A program made the translations under genes and the position numbers. A DNA stretch of 51,972 nucleotides, the filler included, from Stramenopiles sp. TOSAG23-3 (Eukaryota), in assembly GCA_900128585.1 (NCBI GenBank). It is 4 parts of 4 records of this genome, joined end to end, with 100 filler letters (N's around TTAATTAATTAA, not from the genome) between each part and the next. Parts side by side here need not be neighbours in the genome. Positions count along the whole stretch, not along the records: positions 1 to 23,888 come from LT642314.1; positions 23,989 to 47,750 come from LT642315.1; 2 more parts are not named here. One strand, written 5' to 3'. Below the pieces are notes generated by a model. It was not told the DNA's origin, did no database searches, and saw only the letters and a program-made list of their open reading frames with translations. How positions within the stretch are numbered: the first letter of the stretch is position 1; each line of letters opens with the position of its first letter. Below, in pieces: positions 20,692 to 32,204 of this stretch.

Positions 20692-21512
20692 AACAAGAAA
20701 AATTTGGCTGTTATTTTTTATAGTATTACACTACTAATTTAGTACTTCTTTTCATGTACCTATTAGTTAAGTTCAGTTCTTTCAATTCATTTCTATTTCA
20801 TTTAAATTACTTAAAGACTATATAAATGATATAGGCTATATTTAAATAGACTTGACTACTTAAGTAGCTGTTTAAATAGTATAAAGAAAGAAGAAGAACG
20901 AAGAAGAAGAATTGAAGAGATCATCTTGGGAGATATACGTAGATATAGGAAGATAATCAGTAAGATACAGCTAACTTACAGTACTAATTTTATTTGCAAA
21001 CAACAGCCACACAGCACCGCATCACCTCCTCGCTCCTCACCGGTTTTCTCCCCTGCGAGGCAAGCAGTCACGGATTGACCGCGGATGGTACTGTAATCTC
21101 TCCCATGGTTCCGGCAACTTCATGGTAGATCCCTGTATCGCATTCCTCGCCGTCGCAAAGCATTGGCATTCTCATGCTGTGGCCTGTTTCCTCCAAGGCA
21201 ATGTAAAAAAAAAAAGGAAATGCAAGATTGAGAACGACCAAACGAAGTCGCACTATTGCAGATGGTATATTTATAGAAACACTCTTTTTACCGACATACA
21301 ATTTTGCGACCCGGTGATTGTTGATGCTTGTCGGTCTGGTTGCCCTCTTGCAAGATACTCTGACTGTTGGCAATCTTCAAAAACAGAGGACGTAACAAAT
21401 ATTAATTGTTTTTTTTTTTGGACGACTATTTTTTCTTCTTCTGAAAATCAACAAAGCAAGACGAAATTTGCTCAGAGTTGCACCAATCGATACAAATGTG
21501 TGACTTATCATC

Positions 21513-23888
21513 ATGCCCAAATTATCTCTAGTATCAGTGTTTACGTTGCTGCTTGCAGTCCAAGCCATGCACTTCGGAAAGAAGGGCGAGGTTGCGAGGA
21601 AGCATACGCTTACTTCAGATTCGGCAGGGGCGCGTCCAAACTTGAATTCTTTTCAGTTCAATTCCAAGCCACTGCCTGTATTTCCAAAGAGTCACTCTCG
21701 TCGGCTTTTGTGGGGCAGTACGAGACCTAATACTGTTGGAAAAATCTACACCGATTGTGGGGCCACAAGCCCAAGACCGTGTGGTCCAAACGAAGTGAAC
21801 GTTACGATCGCGTCTACAACTGGGGATCACCCGGCCGAAGTGCGCTGGGACATTTACTCGAATAGCCAGGAACGCCTCACCTACGGTCAAGGCGGCTGCT
21901 CGAAACAATGGTGCTTTCAACGTGCGCGCAATTACACCATTGTAGGGAAAGGCTACGTTGGGGACGGATGGCAGGGCTCTCAACTGACCGTTGCAGAGAC
22001 CGACGGACCCGTGCACGTCGACGCCTGGGAAGGACCTGCAGATAGTGACAACAAGAACCCCGTTCAGATTCTATTGGTCTTTCCCTGCCCATTTGGAACC
22101 TATGGAGAGGCATGCACGCCTTGTATAACTGGACGGTTTGGCATACTGGAGGGCCAACCAACCGAGGAAAAGGCGTGCCCGTACACGGCTGCAACTTGTC
22201 CTCCAGGATACGTCTGCCCAGGCATAGGAGGCACTGCCGTTCCCTGCCCAGTAGGAACCGCAAAGGAGAGCACTGGAGGTTCGAACGTATCCGACTGCCA
22301 AAAATGCCCTGCTGGTCGGTACGGCCCTTCCATCGGGGCCATTGCTTGCGAAGGCGTTTGCCCAGGCGGCACATATGGAACCACGATAGGAGGAACGAAT
22401 GCGTTCACGTGCACCAAGTGCCCTACAGGAAGATATGGAACCGAGGAGGGCCAAGTCCATGCATTGGCGTGCCAAGCCTGCCCTCGAGGTTCCTACTGTC
22501 AACAGGGTTTGAGAGTCCTGTGCCCTGCAGGGCGATCTGGAAACGTATCCAAAGCGTACAACATGACAGTAGGGTGTCCATTTGTTTGCCCTCCTGGACA
22601 ATATACAGGACTGTTGGGCCAAACTTCAATTGTAAACTGTGAAGATTGCCGGGGTGGCACATACTGTGTAGATGGAGCCGTACTCAGTTGCTCCAAAGGG
22701 AGGTACGGGAATGTCAGTGGGTCGTACAACGTGACGGAAGGGTGCCCCGGCCAGTGTGCCACTGGAAAATATGGCACAATGATAGGAGATCGATCAAGTT
22801 CAGGATGTCTCGTCTGCCCTGCCGGAAAGTTTGGGAACGAAACCGCACAAGTGGATTGTTTGGATTGCCCCGACGGGACTACGATGTCAGGGAATTCATC
22901 GAACCAGACTTGCCAGCCGTGTCTTCAGGTTACTGTAACATGTGACGGGGGAAGTTTTCCCGAAGACATTACGTGGGCAATACAGCAGGGCGGTTTGGAT
23001 GTTGTATCTGGTCAGGGCGGTGATTCAAGGGATGCCTGCCTTTTACCCGGGTTGTTCACAGCAAAAGGTCAAGATTCATACGGCGATGGTTGGGGTGATG
23101 GAAGCCTCAACGTCACCGGCAAAAATGGGGACAAAATTTTGGATTCATGGTCGGGACCCACTGAACAGGACTTTGTCAACGCGGTCTTTACAACACTTTC
23201 GATTTCAGTGTGCAACCCTGGCGAGTTTGGTCTTGGCGCAATATGTTACACTTTGGAAGAATGCCCCCCAGGACATTACTGCTACAATAGTAAAGTCACT
23301 CCTTGCCCCGCGGGAAAGTACGGGAACATTTCCGGACAAAGCAACGAGTCGGCGGCGTGCCCTTATAATTGCAAAAAAGGGTACAGCCATGGTTTGGAAG
23401 GGCAAACTTCGGGGTCGGTTTGCTCTATTTGCCCACCTGGTCATTTCTGCCCCAATGTTATTTCTCCTTGCCCCGCGGGAAAGTACGGTAACGTGTCTGG
23501 GCAAAGCAACGAGTCAGCGGCGTGCCCAAATATGTGTGCCGCTGGACGGTACGGTATAATTTTCGCGGGCCAAACTACAGCACAATGTCTAGCCTGTCCC
23601 CGAAAGACATATGGCATTGATGGCAAATCGTGCACCCAATCCTGTGACACTTGTGGCTCCGATTGTCCGTTGGTATGTTTCCGAACCTATGTTGATACTT
23701 TCGACCCAAAGCAGCAACAAATTGTTTCGACGAGTGCGAGTGGTGCCGTTAGTGTATTTGCCGCCGACATCGACGGAGACGGAGACATGGACCTTGCAAG
23801 TGCTTCTTCTGGTGACAATAAAATTTCATGGTACGAAAACACGGACGGCAAAGGAACCTTTGGAAGTCCTAACGTAGTGTCGACGAGT
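21513..23888 (+). CDS. Secreted Cys-rich repeat (GCC2/GCC3, ephrin-receptor-like) protein with FG-GAP/VCBS repeat; 3' truncated at contig end
   Basis: Signal peptide MPKLSLVSVFTLLLAVQA and an RRLL motif. Many CPxGxY repeats and two GDGW-motif modules. FAADIDGDGDMDLASASSGDNKISWYEN is FG-GAP-like. The ORF runs into the N linker. Confidence 0.87.
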
Positions 23889-23988
23889 NNNNNNNNNNNN
23901 NNNNNNNNNNNNNNNNNNNNNNNNNNNNNNNNTTAATTAATTAANNNNNNNNNNNNNNNNNNNNNNNNNNNNNNNNNNNNNNNNNNNN
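23889..23988. other. Artificial contig linker
   Basis: 44 N + TTAATTAATTAA (stops in all six frames) + 44 N, exactly 100 nt. Confidence 0.95.
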
Positions 23989-24515
23989 ACACGAACGCGG
24001 CATGGTCCTTAAAACCACAAACACTTCATGCTTTAAACGACTGCCAGACCCCTTAAATCAGCAGGGTCAATCGTGCCGGAGGCCGGAGGTGTACTACCTC
24101 AAATTTTATTATTAATTTAATATAAATAATAATGCAACATTTAGCTCTTGGAAGTAAGGGTTTATGAGATATGGATGAGGATTTCAATCCTAGAGTATCT
24201 TTTCTTCTTACAAACGCTTCTCCGTTGTGTCGCGCTCGTACGAAGATCCGAGTAACACATGTGCCCAGAAATAGATGTAGAAGCGCAGTTTCGACCGGTG
24301 CAAAACTGCGAAGTATCGACCTACTGTCGTCGTCGCGTGGGAATACTTTTTGTCAACATTCGTGGTCCAACTGTTGCATTCTGCAACTGCTGTTGCCTCT
24401 GTACATAGAGGCACTGCCCGCCCCGTCAGCTTTTCACGCAGATGATCGAATAATAGGAACTTCTTTCTTTTGTTGTTGTCGCTGAAGAATTCAGTGCTAT
24501 TCGTACCAATAGTTC

Positions 24516-25868
24516 ATGTATAGCTGTTGGAAAGTTGAAAAAACTCTTTCAAGGATCATAAATAGGCTGCCTCCACTACGCGGACGCAAAGAGCTCGATA
24601 TAGCAATAGGAGTTTCAGGTGGTAGCGATAGTATTGCCCTCGTGCTTTTTTTGCGGAACTTGCGAAATTTGCAGTATCATGATTACCGCGTTAGTCGAAT
24701 TTTATCTGCTGTAACAGTTGATCATAGACTGCGGCCAGAAAGTCAACTGGAAACGCAATTTGTTAGACAGAAAATGATTGCGTTGCCGTTCACTGAGCAT
24801 TTACAGGCTGAGTTGAACCCACCTGACGTTTTACGTAGCAACTTATCCAAAGCTATGACTTGGGCGAGAGAAAATAGGTATTCTTCACTAAATTCTATTT
24901 GTATAGACAGTAACGTAGATATAGTTTGCACTGGCCATCATGCTGGCGATCAGCTGGAAACCTTCTTGATGCGCACCTTCCGTGGGAGCGGGATGTATGG
25001 CTTGAGAGCAACTGACACGATGATTCAAATCCAGCAAAACAAACGTCCTGAAAGATTTCTTATGCGGCCACTTTTAAACGTAAACAAATTTGAATTACTG
25101 CAAATATGCATGCAACATAATATTTCACCTGTAAAAGATCCGTCAAATTATGATAAAATATTTGATCGAGTTCGCAGTCGAAATGGCGTATTATTGTACA
25201 ACGACATAGGCATTTCCAAACTAAAACGCCTGTTTTCGGAAATCGAGTCGCACAGCCAAGTTATCCAGGACCAAATCTCAAAGCTCGCAGTCGCCATTTT
25301 GGTTGCGGGAAATAGCCATTTACCTTATGTAGTCATTGACGTCAAAAAAATTCTTGCACTATCAGAAAGTAACATATCTACTGGACATGCTGTTTTTGCA
25401 TTATATATCAAAAAAGTCGGAGGAGGTCGATATCCCCCTTCAAGACGCGCCCTTGTGGGCTTATTTAATTCCTTAAAATTGGGAATAATTCCGAGTCCGG
25501 TTAATCGCTGCATTTTTAAAAGAAAGAATAATATGCTATACTTATGTCAGTCTCCGCCAATTAGCTCTGAGCGAAAGGGGGTCCTGCGTCTTTCTAGGCG
25601 TGGAAGAATGTATGAAACTAGTAGCCTTATGAATAAGCACTTCTCTTACTCTATTTCTATAAATTGTGGTTCAATCAAAGAATTAAATCATTTGTGTGTT
25701 GGTGTAGGCATGCTTAAAAATAGAAAAAAATCATATGATGGTTTTAAGTGGCCTTTACGGGACCACGGGCCACATTCGCAGGTTTCCATTTGTATTTATA
25801 TGAAAACAATATTTCAGAAAGAATGGGCTGTGCACGCCTGCCCACACAAAGAGCAAGTTCTGGTGTGA
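24516..25868 (+). CDS. tilS: tRNA(Ile)-lysidine synthetase (nuclear-encoded, presumably organelle-targeted)
   Basis: PP-loop GVSGGSDS, TVDHRLR, ARENRY, TGHHAGDQLETFLMR, RPLL, DPSN and RVRSR. Confidence 0.9.
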   Translation: MYSCWKVEKTLSRIINRLPPLRGRKELDIAIGVSGGSDSIALVLFLRNLRNLQYHDYRVSRILSAVTVDHRLRPESQLETQFVRQKMIALPFTEHLQAELNPPDVLRSNLSKAMTWARENRYSSLNSICIDSNVDIVCTGHHAGDQLETFLMRTFRGSGMYGLRATDTMIQIQQNKRPERFLMRPLLNVNKFELLQICMQHNISPVKDPSNYDKIFDRVRSRNGVLLYNDIGISKLKRLFSEIESHSQVIQDQISKLAVAILVAGNSHLPYVVIDVKKILALSESNISTGHAVFALYIKKVGGGRYPPSRRALVGLFNSLKLGIIPSPVNRCIFKRKNNMLYLCQSPPISSERKGVLRLSRRGRMYETSSLMNKHFSYSISINCGSIKELNHLCVGVGMLKNRKKSYDGFKWPLRDHGPHSQVSICIYMKTIFQKEWAVHACPHKEQVLV

Positions 25869-25897
25869 ACGGGGCAGGCCCCTTTTCAGCGAAGGCC

Positions 25898-27030
25898 AAG
25901 TTCTGGTCAAGATTCCAATTGATTGGTCTTAAAAGTACACAGCGGCATAAATGTTTTAAAGGGGCTCGTTGTCTNNNNNNNNNNNNNNNNNNNNNNNNNN
26001 NNNNNNNNNNNNNNNNNNNNNNNNNNNNNNNNNNNNNNNNNNNNNNNNNNNNNNNNNNNNNNNNNNNNNNNNNNNNNNTCTCCCAAGTTCTGGTCAAGAT
26101 TCCAACTGGCAAGTAAACAGCGGCATAAATGTTTTTGAAGGGCTCGTTGTCTGTTGTTGGAATCTCGTCCTGCAGTATACACCAATGCTCTGGTTCCCGT
26201 CGTCTGATGATGAGGTGAGGATTGTCTTAAATTAAAGAGCATATATATGATAAAATTGTTTTTTTAAGAATTCTTAGCTGTTACTAAATTTAATCTCTGC
26301 TCCTGTGATTCTAATAATAAACACTCTTGTCACTTAGTCTAGACTATCATTCTCTTGTGTACTCCATCCATGATCCGAGTGGATTTTTGAATTTGTGAAG
26401 TCAAATGGCCCGTAGTCAACTTCCTCAAGTGGTGTCTCACCCGTAGATGAATCAGACCTTGTGTGACTTTCCAAGCAGCGGCGTGAAGGTTTTAGAGGTG
26501 CTCGTTTTCTCTCTTGTAAATCAGTCAAGGAATTGTCGTTTGTGGGTTGAGATGTCGGGAAAGGGTCGTTTGGGTCGGTGTGCGTAATCGGCGTTTGTGA
26601 GTTCTATTGCGATGGTGAAGGTTCGGTGCGCAGTGCTATGGTTGTGGTTATTCGGCAGGCCAGTTTGTATCTCGTCTTGGTGGCGATGCTCTAGTCACCT
26701 TCCTCCCCCCCTTCATTCCTTCGTTAAAAATAATGGCTGTTATTTAAAAAAGTAATTAAAATTTATCTTCTTCGTGTACCGCGAATGTGAATCTGCTCCT
26801 TCTGTCCATGAAAGGTTTACTTTTCTTCAATGTACTGCGAACTTATCTCTGCTCCTGTGATTTTCTTGATCAGTTTATGCTTGTTGTGTAGTCTTGTCTA
26901 TCATTCTCCGGTATACTCCATGCATGGTCCGAATGGATATTTGAATCTCAGACGATGCCAAATGACCCATAATCAACTTCTTCATCCGATATCTCACTCA
27001 TAGATGAGTCAGACCTTGTGTGATTTAAAC
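25898..27030 (-). repeat. Cluster of copies of the dispersed repeat family (tandem, degenerate)
   Basis: Segments ~25898-26260, ~26270-26720 and ~26725-27030 align by eye with 32205-34945, e.g. TCTGCTCCTGTGATT...CTTGTCACTTAGTCTAGACTATCATTCTC...GTACTCCATGCATGATCCGA. The minus-strand peptide KRAPLKxxRRCL recurs. Confidence 0.85.
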
Positions 27031-27817
27031 AAAATAAAAGTGTCGCTCTGGAAGCGATCTCTGTAGCAATCCATTTGACCATTTGAAATTCTCTTCTTTA
27101 CATGTAAAACAATTTTATCTAATACACAACAATTTTATGTTTCTAGATCCATGAGAGGAGACCCCAATACTTTTGGTGATTGTCTCTTGTTGGGCTGACC
27201 CACTGAAGGGGAATCGTCCCACACAGTGGTAGGCATGTGCCCCGCGATCGTCCGCACCGTCATCCAATAAGCAATCATTCTTACATTTCCTTAGTACCCA
27301 AACTCGCACAAAGATGGGCACACCCAACAAGTCGAACTCATGCTTCTGCCGCCGCTGTAAGTTCCACGTGAATAGCATATACTATCCTCTTCAATTACCT
27401 GACAATTTAATGAAACAAATTTGTTCCCTATCTAATATTGCTAGTTTATGTACTTGCATATACTCTAAACTACAGTTGGCAGTAGCAAAACGAAATTTGT
27501 CAGTCGCTTTCATGTATATCTAAGAGATTGTATACAAATACGCATGGCCTATTTACATTGTTCTTTACCTTTTTGGATTCACAATTTGTCCGTAGTCCCT
27601 GTTTTGATTCGTTGGTGCAACTTAATTTAAATTACTGAAATATGCTTTTTTTGTTTTAAAAAAGATCTTCACCGACAGTTCACCTGATTATTCGTTGAAC
27701 AAAAGACGAGCATCTTTTTAGCGACACAACGCGGTAGCTGTCCAGTAAATCGGCCAAGCTCTGTCTGGTACACAAGGAAAACCGTTTAAAACAAAAAGAT
27801 TAAAACCAGGGATGCCC

Positions 27818-30800
27818 TCATACTTCCCCGTTCTCTCCTAAATATTGCGAAACAGCAGTTAGTAAATCCAGGCAAGCTTCTCTATTTTCAAGGTAATAAT
27901 GAGCAGAGCAAACTATCTTTGGAACTATGCAGGTATATGCATTCAGCAAAAATCCGGTTTTGTACCATCCTAAGAGGGTGTTGAACATGCTTGTGTCATG
28001 CCTATGGCTACCAATGCACAATGCAAAATCAAAGTTACACACATGTCTGTCCACATTATCTTTGCGCCCAATTTCTGGTTGAATACCAAAAATTTGGGTA
28101 AGGGCATTTGCAGTGTTGGACCCCATCGGTTTTACCACAATTATACGCCCAGGAAATGAAACGCTTACGTCAAGCGGCTGTAACGCTAGCATTTTTTTCA
28201 ACAATGTAAATAGTTCTTTAGTTTGGGATTCGCCAGTATGTTTGTCGGCATGATGATACCTCCAAACCACACAACTTAAAAATGTCTCATCAACGTAAGC
28301 ACCTGGGGTTCGTTCTGAAAAATGTGACATAATATTAACAACCGCGTGTTTCCATTCACCTAACAGAAAATCGTGTTCCGCACATCCTTCGGTATTAATT
28401 TTACGCGGGGTCTTTGTCAGTTTCCAGCGGCGATTAAGGTCACACCCCAGTCTAAAATTGCGACCGTCGCAGATATCACCAATATATTTCGGTATAGATG
28501 ATTGGCATATCTTTTCGTCGTTAAATAATAATTCACCGGTCGCAGTGGCATCCTTTTTAACGCAAAGAGGTTCTCTCATTTCTTTTCGTTCTGTCGGCTC
28601 TGAGTACATAAATCCAAATTCCCCAATAAGCCCAAGTCGAGGTACATCTTTAAAAATTTTTTCCATCGTTTGCATGTTTATACCACCCGTCACGTATACT
28701 ATATTACAAGGGTCGCTACACAAAGCCTTGAGTGCACACAATACATTTTGTGCTGGGGCACATGTTTCTGGAACAGGGGAATAATCATGCGATAAAACGC
28801 CATTAAAACTAAATATAAACAATCGTTTAGTAGAATGTTTATATTGCAAAAGTATGTGAGGAACCTGTGGCAATGGTAATGGAGCATTCTCACTTGACCT
28901 ATGCGTCGCCGCGTGGATTTCTGACAACATGCGTTTTGCCCACCTTGATGCAGTATATGTGTTGACGTACTTTCGAAGACTACATAACCGGATTTTTCTG
29001 TCCATAGGTGACAATTCTAACCCTCTTTTTATAGACTCTGCTACCTTGTCTAGGTCATAAGGATTCACTTTCAAAGCACCTTTCAAAGATACTGCGCAAC
29101 CCAAAAATTCACTGTATATCAATACTCCAGGATCATGTTCTTCTTGCGATGCGACAAACTCTAGTCCGAACAAACTAACCCCCCCTCTCAAAGAAGTAAT
29201 TAAAGCAGTATTAGCTATTTTAAACAAATGTCTACGATTTTGCAGGGAAACACTTTGTTGTACAATCATCACTGGGACGTAATCAACAGCCCCAAACCTC
29301 CCATTGATTGAGCTAGCTAGCCTATTCATTTCTTTGCTGAGAGATTTTCTACTTTCTCGAAAATACCTTTGTTGGCGGGAATGCACAGCTGCACCAAATA
29401 TTATTTGAATAAAAACAACCTTTTTGTTTTTCCAGTACTGAGGATTGATTTCAAAAAACCTTGAAATTGCTCCTAGTTTTTGCAATATACCGGACACGTG
29501 GCTTAATCGATCATAAGAAACAATCACTTCCTTGGTTTTGTATTCTTTCAATAAATATTCAAATGGAAATTGGGATTCAGCTTCAGCCAAATTAGCATAT
29601 TTTGGAGGGGGCAGAGAGGACACTTCCTGATCCAAAATGTTTTTACCATCAGTAGGCGTAATCAGGCTTCGTCCTGTTTTCAATTCGTTTTCCCGTGATT
29701 GGTCATTATTTTCGTAAGAATAATGAGATGGGGAAATACCTTGTGGAGAGACCGCTAAGGTAACAAATCTACCTTCGAATTCCACGCAACTAGAAAATAT
29801 GCTCAAACCAAGAATTCTTTCACAAATAATAATAAAATTTTCCATGAACTCAAATTGGTCAAATAAAATCACATCGGCTCCAAGCACACCTTCTAACAAC
29901 TCTTTCCTATGGGGTAGAATGCGAAACACGGGAAACGAGGGAAACGGTGTTCTCATAACGAACGCACACTTCACATTTTGAAATCTGTATCGTATCATTT
30001 TCGGCAAAAGTATTACTTTCGTCGTACAAATTGGTTAATTGGTTTAGATAACGCCTGTTTACTTCTTCATACACTGACACTTTTCTTGCCATGGAAGATA
30101 AAAATACCCCGATTTCTTCTGATTTTGATACTGCGGTTACAATTTTCTTGTGATAAACTGCGCTATTACCATTCAGCAAGTTGTTAGAAAAAAACGGAGA
30201 ACCCTTTGCAGCACTCTTCGCACTGGTATCAATATCCAGTCTTGAAACGCTACCATGTTTCATATTGGCATTTAGTGTTTCGTTTTTAAAGCTTGAACAT
30301 GGGCGCTCTGAAATACTACTTTTAATCGTTGAAAAATCATTTAAACCAGCAACACTGTTGCCATATCCTGTCAGTTTTGAAGATGAAATTGCATCATTTA
30401 ATTCCTGCTTGCGACTAGAAAAAACTACAGGTTCTGATTTAGAAGAAGGTGATATAACAGAGCCTATTCTTTTAGCGCCCGCTGAAAAACCCGAAGAAGA
30501 AAAGCCGCCAAGTGAATTCGATAGAGAACCTTCACTTCCTGAAATGAAAGCTGAGGTTATGTTTGGCCACAAAACTTCGTCGCAAAAATCTACATAACCT
30601 TGAGCAGTTGTGACAGGCAGAAATATCGGTGTGGTGGAAAATTTCTCCTTTAGTTTTTTTTGTATCCCGCTCTTTTCGTAATCGCTAACGTCAGTGCACC
30701 CCGGCCACGTGAGCCACTCGATACCAACACGAAACTCTTTAAGAGTGCTAATCGCTGACACGACGCTACTTTCTGACTTTGAATATTCGTAGCCAGAGGC

Positions 30801-31019
30801 ACCTGGTGCAACCTTGACCGAAACAGGCAAAATATTGGCACACACAATTGCACGAGAGTTTCTTTCATTTGGCTCACCATATAATTCTTCTTGCCTGACG
30901 CGGCTTAAGCGGTGGTGAAGAGCCAATAAATCTGCCAGTATCCCCTTTTCCTCGGCCAGCAACTCTTGCGAGTTATCCTGCTCTTCAACAACAACGTCGC
31001 CGCCAGAACTGCAGGCCAT
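27818..31019 (-). CDS. Trehalose-6-phosphate synthase/phosphatase (GT20 + HAD) family protein, degenerate, split by a frameshift near 30015-30020
   Basis: CANILPVSV, WLTWPG, FCDEVLWP, TPFPSFPVFRILP...LLEGVLGAD, INGRFG, GVLIYSEFLG...GALKVNPYD, ERTPGAYV and WRYHHAD. Two overlapping track ORFs (29907-31034, 27818-30007). First ATG at 31019. Confidence 0.85.
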
Positions 31020-31365
31020 TCTAGTTCTGCGCAAAATTTATAACGGGGTCGGCAAACAACTTTTCATCTTAGCAAAGATTGTGTACTGTGGTGTTTTTGT
31101 TGTAAATTTCCGTATTTGGAACAGCAAACCTATTCAAGCACTAGCATAGTTGTACGAGAAATTATTGTAATTGTGTGTCTGGTGTCCCTGTGTTGTTGTT
31201 AGTTTTTTTCCTCTTCTCTTCTTCCTCACTTCATTCATTTTTTTTTTCTTCGTCGGGTGCTATATATACTAATATAATAATAGCTAATTAAAATAATACT
31301 TCCTATTTATTATAGTCTATTTTTTTTTTTTTTTCGCTAATAATTCCTTTTTTTTATTATTAATT

Positions 31366-31910
31366 TTATATTGTTGTTGATCTCAGAGTTATTATATATA
31401 GTAGTAGAAATTAGACGAAAAAATAGATGTTTGTATTATATCCTTGACAGATGGACACTGAAAAAATCCGAACAAGCGAAGTTTAAAAGAAATGAAAGTA
31501 TTTTAACACAACGGGAGCATAGCTATAACCGGCATTAATGTATTGCAAGTTACATTAAATAGTGACACAGGTGTGGAGAGAGGAGAGAGAATTTTTTATT
31601 ATTTTTATTTAAATCCTAGCAGGGAGTTAGTGTTACAAGTACAAAAAATCATTGAATTTTATCGCGAAACCTTTAATATTGTACTTGTAACAATGTCCTA
31701 TATAAATTGGTATAGTGAAAATAAAATAGAACTTTTTTTGGTTAATAATAAGTTTTTTCGTCATTTTAGATGTTATTAGCTGTTATTTTGTGTAACACTA
31801 ACTCACTGCTAGGAATTAAATTCAAAAAATAAAATTTCTCTCTCCTAGTATAATAGCTCTCTCCACACTCCACACCCCCTGTGCCACTAACTCTGAGATC
31901 AACAATATAA
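31366..31910. mobile_element. MITE/fold-back-like element with ~100-bp imperfect TIRs and nested insertions
   Basis: Left arm TATATTGTTG..ATCTCAGAGTTA|~170-bp insert|GTGACACAGGTGTGGAGAGA...CCTAGCAGGGAGTTAGTGTTACA is the reverse complement of right arm TGTAACACTAACTCACTGCTAGG...TCTCTCCACAC...TGTGCCACTAACTCTGAGATCAACAATATA. Ends are approximate. Confidence 0.7.
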
Positions 31911-32204
31911 TATCTTCGTCATAACAGCATTAAATATCTTCTATTTTTCGTGAATTTTCACGCACACACGCTCCCCTATCCCCCCCCCTGCCCCCTGTTA
32001 TTATAAATGCGAAAAGTACTAGACTACAACAATATAATAATGTAATAAGAGCCTTCGATTCGACCAAAGAGTTGAGACAAATTGAAGACCATCGTCAAAA
32101 AATTTCATCACAGGTTGAGCCGTTGACTTCAGTCATTTGGAAACAATTCCTCCTCGCGCCATCATCCCTCCCGACTTTTCTTGGGAAAATGTTAAAGGAT
32201 TTGT

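Noticed and set aside
23933-23944. TTAATTAATTAA palindrome inside N runs (also 47795-47806 and 49906-49917)
   Set aside because: Identical 44N-12-44N layout three times, so it is an artificial joiner. Adjacency across it has no biological meaning.
26203-26212. CTGATGA as a hammerhead ribozyme core in the repeat family (also near 33039)
   Set aside because: No matching GAAA or stems; it corresponds to Ser-Ser-Asp codons of the decayed minus-strand ORF.
27115-27378. GC-richer patch with an 87-aa minus-strand ORF (similar patches at 21000-21400 and 24200-24480)
   Set aside because: These could be small or decayed genes, but I found no motif or splice model I could support.
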